Origin: an uncultured delta proteobacterium
GTDB taxonomy: Bacteria > Myxococcota_A > Polyangia > Polyangiales > Polyangiaceae
DNA: 64,000 nucleotides
NCBI GenBank assembly: GCA_963716725.1
Contig: CAVQUB010000015.1
Span: 288,001-352,000 of the forward strand
Direction: 5' to 3'
This document shows, one piece after another, positions 1 to 10,722 of this stretch. A program made the position numbers and the translations under genes. The notes beneath the pieces are model-generated. The model searched no databases and had not been told where the DNA came from. It was given only the letters and a program-made list of their open reading frames with translations. Numbering within the stretch: position 1 is the first letter of the stretch; every line of letters starts with the position of its first letter.

Positions 1-710
1 TGCGCATCATCCACGGCGTGCTGCGGCTGGCGCCGCTCGGCGTGTTCGCGCTGATGTTCTCGGCCACCTCGCGCCTCGGTCTCGATCTCTTGCGGCTGAT
101 CGCGATCTACGTGCTGGTGGTGCTGCTCGGCCTCGGCTTGCACATGTTCGTGGTGTACTCGCTGAGCGTGAAGTTCTTCGGTGGGCGCGACCCCCGAGAG
201 TTCTTCCGTTCGGTGCGGCTCGCCATGGTCACGGCGTTCTCCACGGCGTCGAGCAACGCTTCTCTGCCCGCCGCGCTCGAGGTCGCCGAACAGAACTTGA
301 AACTCCCGCGTCACGTGAGTCGTTTCGTGCTGACGGCCGGGAGCAGCATGAATCAAAACGGCACTGCGCTCTTCGAAGGAGTCACGGTGCTATTTTTGGC
401 TCAGGTCTACGGCGTGCATTTGGGCTTTGGTCAGCAGATATTGGTGGTTTTCGTCTGCATTTTGGCCGGCATCGGCACCGCGGGGGTGCCGGCGGGATCG
501 CTGCCCGTGATCGCCATGATCCTCGGCATGCTGAAGATCCCGGTGGAGGGCATTGGGCTCATCCTCGGGGTGGATCGACTCTTGGACATGTGCCGGACCA
601 CGCTGAACGTCACCGGAGATCTGGCGGCGGCGGTGTTTGTGGCGCGAGGCGAGGTCGACGAGACCGACGAGACCGACGAGGGCGGGGGAGACCCGGCAGC
701 GGGAGGCTGA
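1..710 (+). CDS. Dicarboxylate/amino acid:cation symporter (DAACS/GltP family), 5' end outside window
   Basis: AFSTASSNASLP, SMNQNGTALFE, AGIGTAGVPAGS and DRLLDMCRTTLNVTGD match the DAACS hairpin and TM motifs. Confidence 0.9.
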   Translation, partial: RIIHGVLRLAPLGVFALMFSATSRLGLDLLRLIAIYVLVVLLGLGLHMFVVYSLSVKFFGGRDPREFFRSVRLAMVTAFSTASSNASLPAALEVAEQNLKLPRHVSRFVLTAGSSMNQNGTALFEGVTVLFLAQVYGVHLGFGQQILVVFVCILAGIGTAGVPAGSLPVIAMILGMLKIPVEGIGLILGVDRLLDMCRTTLNVTGDLAAAVFVARGEVDETDETDEGGGDPAAGG

Positions 711-780
711 TCCAAGAACCGGGTCTGCGTGGGGGAGGACTGAACCGAAGCGGGGCAACTCTATGCCCGCGCGAATTGTG

Positions 781-920
781 GTGGGCGCCAAACGCCACGC
801 CGGAAGGCGTTGCGACGTGGTCGATGTCGCTGTGGACGCCAAACGCCACCTGGCAGCGCGCTCTGACGTGGTCGATGTCGCCGTGGGCGCCAAACGCCAC
901 GCCGGAAGGCGCTGCGCGAC
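781..920. repeat. Intergenic ~51-bp-period repeat (about 2.7 units) with palindromic core GTGG[G/A]CGCCAAACGCCAC; REP/BIME-like
   Basis: Core at 781-798, 832-849 and 883-900; linker GTGGTCGATGTCGC at 817-830 and 868-881. Lies between convergent genes. Confidence 0.75.
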
Positions 921-923
921 TCC

Positions 924-2684
924 TCAGGGCACCTCGACGCCCTTCGCGGTCGCGGTCTCGATGGCCTCGGGGTAGCCCGCGATGGCGTGACGGGCCACGC
1001 CGACGCCTGGATCGACGGTGAGCACGCGGTCGAGGCGTTCGGCGCGCGCGTCGGTGCCATCGGCTACGACGACCATGCCCGCGTGCAGCGAGTTGCCGAT
1101 GCCGACGCCGCCGCCGTGGTGGAAGCTCACCCACGACGCCCCGGATGCGGTGTTGAGCGCAAAGTTCAGGAGCGCCCAGTCGGCGATGGCGTCGGAGCCG
1201 TCCCGCATGGCCTCGGTCTCGCGGTCCGGCGAGGCCACCGAGCCACAGTCGAGGTGATCCCGCCCGATGGCGACGGGCGCGCTCACCTTGCCGTCGTGGA
1301 TCAGCCGGTTCATCGCGAGGCCGAACTTGGCGCGATCGCCGTAGCCCAGCCAGCAGATGCGGGTGGGCATGGCCAAGAACGGCACCCGCTCGCTGGCCAG
1401 GCGCACCCAGCGATGCAGGCCTTCGTCGTCGGGGAACACCTTCAGGAGCTCCGCGTCGATCGCGTGGATGTCCTTGGCATCACCGCTCAAGGCGGCCCAA
1501 CGGAACGGGCCGAGTCCGCGGGAGAAGAGCGGGCGGATGTAGGCCGGGACGAAGCCCGGATACTTCCAGTGCCCGCTTTCGTCGCGCGCGCTCACGCCCG
1601 CGAGCTCGGCCTGGGCCCGCAGGTTGTTGCCGTAGTCGAAGGCGATGGCGCCGCGCCGCTGCATCTCGAGGATGGCTTCGACGTGCTTGGCGATGGCTGC
1701 CAGCGATCGCCGGTGGTACTCGGCGAGGTCTTTGCCTCGGAGCGTGTCGAGCTCGGAGAGATCGCCTTCCGGCACGTAGGCGCCAAGATCGTGGGCCGGG
1801 GTCTGATCGGTGACCATGTCCGGGGTCACGTTGCGGCGGACCAGCTCGGGATAGACCTCCGCCGCGTTGCCGACCAGGCCAATCGACAGACCGCGGCCCG
1901 CGCGCTTGGCTTCGTCGGCCCAGGCCAGCGCCTCGTCGAGGGAGTGGGTCATCTTGTCGCAGTAGCCTTCGGCCACCTTGCGCTCGACGCGATCGGCGCG
2001 GACCTCGACGTCGATCACCACGCCTTCGTTCATGGTCACGGCCATCGGTTGCGCGCCGCTCATGCCGCCAAGGCCCGCGGTGAGGACAAGCTTGCCCGCG
2101 AGGGACGGCACGCCGTAGTGCTTCTCGGCCGCTGCGAGGAAGGTCTGATAGGTGCCCTGCAAGATGCCTTGGGTGCCGATGTAGATCCAAGAACCGGCGG
2201 TCATCTGCCCGTACATGGTGAGCCCCATGCGGTCGAGTTCGTCGAAGTTCGACTGTGTTGCCCACTTGGGGACCAGGTTGCTGTTCGCGATGAGCACCCG
2301 GGGCGCGTGCTCGTGGGTCTTCGCGACGTACACCGCGCGACCGGACTGCACGCACAACGTCTCGTCGGGTGCGAGGCCGTCGAGCAGCGCCGTGATCTTG
2401 GAATACTCGTGCCAGTTCCGCGCGGCGCGTCCACTGCCGCCGTAGACGACCAGGTGTTGCCAGTCCACGGCGTTGGCCGGATCGAGGTTGTTCATCAACA
2501 TGCGCTTGGCGGCTTCGGCGTCCCAGCTCCGGGCGCTTCGCCGGGTGCCGCGTGGGGCGCGGGGCGCTTCGGCCGGGCGGGCGGCCATGTGCAAAGGTCG
2601 CCCATGACGAGCGAGCTCGCTGCCGATGTCGCAGGAGCACCCGTACTTTGCCCGCTCGTTTTCGACGATCTCGCGATCCTGCAT
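924..2684 (-). CDS. hutU: Urocanate hydratase
   Basis: [57 protein letters not shown] and [11 protein letters not shown] motifs. Confidence 0.97.
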   Translation of the reverse strand: MQDREIVENERAKYGCSCDIGSELARHGRPLHMAARPAEAPRAPRGTRRSARSWDAEAAKRMLMNNLDPANAVDWQHLVVYGGSGRAARNWHEYSKITALLDGLAPDETLCVQSGRAVYVAKTHEHAPRVLIANSNLVPKWATQSNFDELDRMGLTMYGQMTAGSWIYIGTQGILQGTYQTFLAAAEKHYGVPSLAGKLVLTAGLGGMSGAQPMAVTMNEGVVIDVEVRADRVERKVAEGYCDKMTHSLDEALAWADEAKRAGRGLSIGLVGNAAEVYPELVRRNVTPDMVTDQTPAHDLGAYVPEGDLSELDTLRGKDLAEYHRRSLAAIAKHVEAILEMQRRGAIAFDYGNNLRAQAELAGVSARDESGHWKYPGFVPAYIRPLFSRGLGPFRWAALSGDAKDIHAIDAELLKVFPDDEGLHRWVRLASERVPFLAMPTRICWLGYGDRAKFGLAMNRLIHDGKVSAPVAIGRDHLDCGSVASPDRETEAMRDGSDAIADWALLNFALNTASGASWVSFHHGGGVGIGNSLHAGMVVVADGTDARAERLDRVLTVDPGVGVARHAIAGYPEAIETATAKGVEVP

Positions 2685-2770
2685 GGGCGCGGAGCATAGC
2701 CCGCTCCTCGGGAAAATCGGAGGGTCAGGGCTGCGCGGCGGGCATGATAAGGTCTAACGTCGCTTCAGCC

Positions 2771-5700
2771 ATGGCAGCGGACGACGCATCCGGGTCCAAG
2801 AAACCACCCGTTCAGGGAAAGCGCTCGGTGCCGCCGCCGCCGCGCAAGGCTCCACCACCACAGCCGCCGGTCGGGTCGAATCCGAAGGCAGCGGTTCCTC
2901 CGCCGCCGCCGCAACGGCACCCAGCCGGCACCTCACCCGCCACGGGCGGCTCCGTCCGCGTGGTCCCGCCGCCGGTCGCGGTGGGCTCGGCCACCCAGAC
3001 TCCGAAGCCAGCTGCGGCCATGGCGATCCCGCCTCCGCTGCCGCAGTCACCGTCAGCGCAGTCGCCGTCTGCGCACTCACCGGCACCACACTCACCGGCA
3101 CCGCCGCCCGTTGCACCGCCGGTCGCGCCGCCGGTGCATCTCAAGACCGACATGGGACTTGGCGTCGCGCCCGTCAGCGAGACCCCGGTCTGGGCCCAGC
3201 GCGCGCTCCGGAAGCTCGACGCGGAGCTCGCGCGCACGAGCGATCCTCTGCGCGTCGGGCGCCTGCACTTCGAGATCGGGCGGCTCTACGAGTCGCCGCT
3301 CGGCGAGCTTGCGAGCGCCGCCGATCACTATCAGAAGGCGTACGCCACCTGTCCCGATCACTTGCCCACGCTGCGCGGCGCGCGGCGCGTGCTTTGCGCG
3401 ACCAAGAACTTCCACGGGGCGCTGCCGCTCTTCGACGCCGAAGCGCGCTACCTGTCCGAGCCGAGCCTCAAGGCTCAGCTGTTTTACGAGAAGGGACGCA
3501 CGCTCGAAGATCATCTGGCGCAGAAGCGTGAGGCCCGCGACGCCTACGCTGCGGCGGTCGATCTCGACGGACAGAATGCAACGTACCTGAAGGCCCTCGA
3601 ACGCGTCGATACGCAGGCCAAGGCCTGGGATGCCCTGGACAAGACCCTCGAACGCTCCGCAAACGCGGTCTCGAGCGATGCGCGTCACCGCGCGGCTCTG
3701 TTGGTCGAGCGCGCCCGCTTGGTCGAGGCGCGCAAGAGCGACAGCCGCACCGCCACGGAGTTGTACAACGAGGCTCTGGGCTTCGATCCCCGGGCTCCCG
3801 CCGCGCTCGAGGCCCTGAAGCGCCTGCACTACGCGCACCAACGCTGGCGAGACCTCACCTTCGTGCTCCAGCGCGAAGCGGAGCAGGCCAGCGACGTCAC
3901 CGTGCGGGGCATGGCCTACTACCGCATGGGCCGCGTGTTGGTCGATCGCCTCGGACATTTGGACGAAGGGCTCAGCGCCTTCGAACGTGCCGCGAGCGAG
4001 TTGCCCCACGAGCCGATGGTGCTGGAGGCGCTAGCGCGGCTCTACGAGCTGTCGAAACGCTGGGACGCCATCGCCAGCGTGCTCGAGCGCCTGTCGGATC
4101 TGGCGCGGTCCGATAGCGAGAAGCTGGGCATTCAACACCGCATCGGGCAGATCGCCGACGAGCGCCTGAACGACGAAGCGCGAGCCATCACCTGGTTCTC
4201 CAGCGCACTGTCGCTCGATCCGACCTACCTGCCCGCGCTGCAAGCGCTGGGCAAGATTTACACTCGCCGGCAGCAATGGGCCGAGCTGATCGAGATGCAT
4301 CTGGCCGAAGCCGGCGCAACGGCCGACGCGACCCGCAAGGCCGGCGCCCACGGCCGAGTCGCGGCCATCTACGAGGAACGCCTCGGCAACATCGAGCACG
4401 CCACGGCCCACCACTCGCGCGCGTTGGGGCTCGTGCCGGGCTACGCGTCGAGCTTCAAGGCGCTCTCCCGCATCTTCCAACAGGCGGGAAAGTGGCGTGA
4501 ATTGGTCGAACTCTTCGAGCGCGCGGTGGACGAGGCGAAGGAGCCCGAGACCAAGATCACCTACCTGTTCAAGATCGGTCGAGCCTGGGAAGACGCCCTC
4601 GGGTCGCCCGTCCACGCCATGAGCGCCTACAAACGCGTGCTCGACGTCTCGCCGAACCACGTGGGTGCCATCCACGCAGTGCAGCGCGCTGCCGAGCGCG
4701 CGGGTCGCTACAAGGAGTTGGTCTGGGCCCTGGAGCTCGAGGCCGAGAAGGCCACCGACAAGCGCCAAGCCGTGATGCTCCAGCACCGCGCGGGGGAGGT
4801 CTACGAAGACTGTCTGGCCGATGTCGAGAGCGCGATCGCTCGCTACAAACACGTCGTCGAGCTGGACTGCGGCTACCAACCCGCGCTGAGCAGCCTGGGC
4901 CGTTTGTTCTATGCCGCTGGTCGCTGGGAAGATCTGCTCGATACCTACAAGCGCGAGCTCGAGGTTGCGGCCAAGGGCGTCGCGTCGGCGGCGCTGCTGT
5001 ACAAGATGGGCGAACTGAGCGAGGAGCGCATTGGCAACGACGACGACGCCATTGGCTACTATCGCCGGGCCATTGACGCCGATCCCTTCCATCAGCCCGC
5101 GCTGCACGCGCTGGGGCGTAAGCTGGCCGAGCGTGGGCAGTGGCCCGAGCTCGTGAAGGTGATCGAGCTCGAGCTCTCGGGCCTGAAGGACCCGGCGGAA
5201 CGGGCGCGGGCTGCTTTCCACCTGGGCGAGGTCTACGAAAACCGTCTCTCTCAGGCGGATCGGGCGCTGGCTGCTTACGAGCAGGCCCTGGTGGCAGTTC
5301 CCGAGTTTCGCCCGGCGGCCGACGGCCGCTCGCGGCTGCTCACTCTGGCGCGGGACTACAAACGCCTCGCCGAAGACTTGGCGCGCGAGGTCAGCAGCGC
5401 CAGCGATCCGGTCGTGGCGATGGTGGCGCTCTTCCGTCAGGGCGAGCTCTTTCGCGACGAGCTCGGTGACACTCGACGCGCTATCGAGTCCTTCGAAGGG
5501 GTGCTCTCACGCGACCCGTCGCACCTCGGGGCGCTGCTGGCCCTCGAGCCGCTGTACACCGAGGTCGGCGCTTGGGAGCCTCTGGCACGGATATTCGCCA
5601 CCGAGGCTCGGGTCCTCACCGACTCGGGGGCCAGAGTCGCCGCGCTGAAGGAGCTCGCGCGCCTCGAAGAGATCCGCGGCGTGGGCAAGCCCGAGGAGAT

Positions 5701-8110
5701 CCGCGCCGCCTACATCAGCGTGCTCCAGCTCGCGCCCGCTGATCCCGGAGCCCTCTTCGCTCTCGAGCGCATCGCGCTCGCCGCGGGCGACGACCAGCTG
5801 CTCACCCACGTCGATGCCAAGCTCGGAGCGACGCTCTCGTCTCCGACGCTAGCGGCAGTGCATCAAACTCGACTCGCGGAGGCCCTGGAAGCCATGGGCG
5901 ATCCGAGCGCGCTGGAGACCTTCCGGGCGGCCTTGGCCCGCGATCGCGACAACCTGGCGGCGGCGTTGGGCGTGACGCGCCTTGCAGAGCAGAGCGACGA
6001 TCCCGGCCTCCTGGGCGAGGCCGCCGAACTCGCGTTCCGGGTGCTGCTCGACAAACCCTTGGGCGCGGCCATCTTGGTCCGCGCGTCGAGCGCGCTGGGC
6101 GAGCGTGGTGATGTCGAGGGCGCCGTGATGGCCCTCGAGGCTGCGCTCGAGAAGCACCCCGACAGCGTGGAGGCCGCGGCCGAGTTGCGCCGAATCCTGC
6201 TCGGCCGGCGCGAGTTCGATCGCCTCTTCGACACTCTGTGCCAGGCGGCCCAGTGGGCGAGTGATCGCGAGCGCATGGCGGGGCTGTGGCTCGACGTCTC
6301 GGAGATCCTGGCCGACGAGAAGCGGGATGTGCCCGCGGCAATCGCCGCGCTGCACCGGACCCTCGAGCACCTTCCTCGGCATGTGTCGACGCTGATGCGC
6401 CTCGCGGATCTCTACGGTCGCGACAAGCAGTGGGCCGAGGCGGTCGACCGGCTCAAGCAGACCCTCGCCGCAAATCCGCCGCCCGAGATCGAGATCGCTG
6501 CGCACCTCATGCTGTCGCGGATCTTGAAGGACGAGCTGGGCGACGAAGCGCGGGCGCTGGTCAGCCTGGAGAGGGTGCTGGTCTTGCATTCGAAGAACCG
6601 CGAGGCGCTGACCCGCGTGCTGGAGATCCAGATGCGTCGCGAGCAGATGGACGCCGCGGCAGCTACTGCGGCGGAGCTGGTGTCCGTCGCGTCGTCCAAC
6701 AAAGAGCGCGCCGAGACGCTGGGTCTGCTCGCGCGACTGAACCGCCAGAGCAAGAACCTCGACGCGGCTGCCAACGCCTACGAACAAGCCGTGACACTGG
6801 TCGGGACCGAGGGCACGACCGCGGCCGAATTCAAGGACCTGCTGCTCGAGCAGAAGCTCTTGGGCGAAGACCCCCGCTGGGACTACTACGTCGGCGCTCT
6901 CAGCGGCTACTCGGATTCGCAGAGCGACCCGCGCAAGCGTTCGGAGATCCAGCTCGAGATCGCCCAAGTGCTGGCCGACGAGATGGAACTCGGCGAGCGG
7001 GCACTGCACACGCTGCAACGGGCGCTGGCCGCCGACGTCGAGAACTCGGCGCTGCGCACCGAACTGGCAAAACGCCTGCGGCTCGCCGGTCACTACCCCC
7101 AAGCGCTGATCGAGCTTCGACGGTTGCTCGAGGCGGACGTGACCAAGATCGAGACCTGGGGCGCTATTCTCGAGTGCTTCCAGGGCATGAAGCGCACGGA
7201 GGAGGCGTCGCTGGCCATGGCGCCGCTCGTGGCGCTGGGCTTCGCGAACGATCTGGAGCGTGCGACCGTCTCGTCGCGCCCGTCGCACTTTGCCCGGGCA
7301 CGCCCCCAGTCCTTCGACGACACCGCGTTTCGCGGAGTCGACGCCCGCGGTGCTGATCCAGCGCTGGCGGTGCTGGCGGCCATTTCCGAGAACCTCGGCA
7401 AGGTGCATCCGCCGGAGCTCGAGCGCTGGGGTGTCTCGACGCGTGACCGCATCAACTCGCGCTCGGGCCACCCGCTGAAGCAGCTCGCGGATCGCGTCGC
7501 GGCGGTGTTCGGACCCTTGGAGTTCGACCTCTACCTGCACCGTGCCCACCAAGGCGGGCTGGAAATCGAGCTCACCGATCCGCCCGGCATCCTGGTGCCC
7601 GCCCACGTCGCGAATCTGCGGGAGACCGAGCAGATCTTCTTGTTTGCGCGCCCGATTGCGCTGTTGGCGCGGGGCGCTCACGTGCTCGGTCGTCTCGCGC
7701 CCGCCGAGATCGCGCTGCTCCTGCTCTCCGCGTGCCGGATCCTCGACCCGAGCTTTGGCGCAGGGCTGGCGGACGAAGACTTCCTGCAGGCGCAGTCGAA
7801 ACGCGTGCAGAAGGCGCTCTCGCGTCGTGCGCGCCGGGCGCTGGAGGAAAGCGCCGCTCCGTTCATGACTGGCCCGAGGCTGGACTGGGAGCAGTGGGCC
7901 TTCGAACACCGGAAGATAGCCTCGCGCGTCGCCGCGCTCCTGGCCGACGAGCTTCCGTCTTCCATTGCGCTGGTGCGCCGCATGGAAGGCGATCTGGCGG
8001 GATTGCGTGGGGCGGCCTTGGCCCAGGGCATCAACCTGACCCACGACCTGCTGCGCTTCTGGGTCAGCGACGCGGCTTTCGCCCTGCGTCGACGCGTTGG
8101 GCTGCTCTGA
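2771..8110 (+). CDS. Giant tetratricopeptide-repeat protein with Pro-rich N-terminus
   Basis: Dozens of TPR-like helical repeats (A..Y..AL..DP....AL..L.RLY). Start chosen at ATG 2771; the ORF track opens earlier. Confidence 0.85.
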   Translation: MAADDASGSKKPPVQGKRSVPPPPRKAPPPQPPVGSNPKAAVPPPPPQRHPAGTSPATGGSVRVVPPPVAVGSATQTPKPAAAMAIPPPLPQSPSAQSPSAHSPAPHSPAPPPVAPPVAPPVHLKTDMGLGVAPVSETPVWAQRALRKLDAELARTSDPLRVGRLHFEIGRLYESPLGELASAADHYQKAYATCPDHLPTLRGARRVLCATKNFHGALPLFDAEARYLSEPSLKAQLFYEKGRTLEDHLAQKREARDAYAAAVDLDGQNATYLKALERVDTQAKAWDALDKTLERSANAVSSDARHRAALLVERARLVEARKSDSRTATELYNEALGFDPRAPAALEALKRLHYAHQRWRDLTFVLQREAEQASDVTVRGMAYYRMGRVLVDRLGHLDEGLSAFERAASELPHEPMVLEALARLYELSKRWDAIASVLERLSDLARSDSEKLGIQHRIGQIADERLNDEARAITWFSSALSLDPTYLPALQALGKIYTRRQQWAELIEMHLAEAGATADATRKAGAHGRVAAIYEERLGNIEHATAHHSRALGLVPGYASSFKALSRIFQQAGKWRELVELFERAVDEAKEPETKITYLFKIGRAWEDALGSPVHAMSAYKRVLDVSPNHVGAIHAVQRAAERAGRYKELVWALELEAEKATDKRQAVMLQHRAGEVYEDCLADVESAIARYKHVVELDCGYQPALSSLGRLFYAAGRWEDLLDTYKRELEVAAKGVASAALLYKMGELSEERIGNDDDAIGYYRRAIDADPFHQPALHALGRKLAERGQWPELVKVIELELSGLKDPAERARAAFHLGEVYENRLSQADRALAAYEQALVAVPEFRPAADGRSRLLTLARDYKRLAEDLAREVSSASDPVVAMVALFRQGELFRDELGDTRRAIESFEGVLSRDPSHLGALLALEPLYTEVGAWEPLARIFATEARVLTDSGARVAALKELARLEEIRGVGKPEEIRAAYISVLQLAPADPGALFALERIALAAGDDQLLTHVDAKLGATLSSPTLAAVHQTRLAEALEAMGDPSALETFRAALARDRDNLAAALGVTRLAEQSDDPGLLGEAAELAFRVLLDKPLGAAILVRASSALGERGDVEGAVMALEAALEKHPDSVEAAAELRRILLGRREFDRLFDTLCQAAQWASDRERMAGLWLDVSEILADEKRDVPAAIAALHRTLEHLPRHVSTLMRLADLYGRDKQWAEAVDRLKQTLAANPPPEIEIAAHLMLSRILKDELGDEARALVSLERVLVLHSKNREALTRVLEIQMRREQMDAAAATAAELVSVASSNKERAETLGLLARLNRQSKNLDAAANAYEQAVTLVGTEGTTAAEFKDLLLEQKLLGEDPRWDYYVGALSGYSDSQSDPRKRSEIQLEIAQVLADEMELGERALHTLQRALAADVENSALRTELAKRLRLAGHYPQALIELRRLLEADVTKIETWGAILECFQGMKRTEEASLAMAPLVALGFANDLERATVSSRPSHFARARPQSFDDTAFRGVDARGADPALAVLAAISENLGKVHPPELERWGVSTRDRINSRSGHPLKQLADRVAAVFGPLEFDLYLHRAHQGGLEIELTDPPGILVPAHVANLRETEQIFLFARPIALLARGAHVLGRLAPAEIALLLLSACRILDPSFGAGLADEDFLQAQSKRVQKALSRRARRALEESAAPFMTGPRLDWEQWAFEHRKIASRVAALLADELPSSIALVRRMEGDLAGLRGAALAQGINLTHDLLRFWVSDAAFALRRRVGLL

Positions 8111-8199
8111 ACTCCGGTCTTGCCTGCCGAAAGCGCCAGGCCCGCAGCGAGAGTGCGCTCGGCCTTTCGAGCTGACGACGGTTCGGCTACACCCGGGTC

Positions 8200-10224
<2,025 letters not shown>

Positions 10225-10293
10225 AGTCCGCGACCCTGCAATCCATCGAGCCGCGGGACGACGTCGCCATGGCAGGCATCGTTCGCCCTCGCG

Positions 10294-10653
10294 CTAGGAC
10301 AACGCAAACAGCGCGGTCGATGCGATGGCTAGGACCCAGGCCCAAGCGGCGATGAGTCGTCCCCGGCCCTGGACCGACGCCTGCTCAGCCGGGTCGATGA
10401 TGGGCTCGAGTCCCTGGTCGGTTTCGCGCAGACCGCGCGACGCCTTGTAGCTTCAAGTGCCGTAAAGCCCTTGCAGAAAGCCGCGGGCCGACAGCGCGAA
10501 GGGCAAGATCAACAGCAGGCGCCAGGCCCAATGCACGCCAGTCTTGGCCAAGACGGTCGCCGCCAGGAGCGTGCCGGCCAGCGCAAATACGCCGATGCCC
10601 AGGTCGCGGGCCCGGCAGGTGGGGCTCAGATTGGTCACCGCGGTCGATTCCAT
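10294..10653 (-). CDS. Small membrane protein with in-frame TGA (10453-10455); probable selenoprotein, 119 aa with U67
   Basis: The frame continues past TGA as SYKASRGLRETDQGLEPIIDPAEQASVQGRGRLIAAWAWVLAIASTALFALS to a TAG at 10294, adding another TM helix. A SECIS-like hairpin follows the TGA. Confidence 0.75.
10424..10440 (-). promoter_or_regulatory. Putative bacterial SECIS element
   Basis: TCGCGC-GGTCT-GCGCGA, a perfect 6-bp stem; the loop G is 19 nt after the UGA. Confidence 0.7.
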
Positions 10654-10722
10654 GGTGGGGCCGATGTACTAAGCCTAGCGAATTGTGCCGCTGGCGTCAG
10701 TGGCAGGCTCGAGCTTTCGACC

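Noticed and set aside
350..470. Locally T-rich codon patch in the symporter gene (a similar one at ~44660-44760)
   Set aside because: Short and largely within hydrophobic coding sequence. It cannot be separated from noise without a computed codon-usage profile.
781..920. Possible mini CRISPR array (36-bp repeat)
   Set aside because: The spacers would be only 15 bp, two of them are nearly identical, and no cas genes are in the window.
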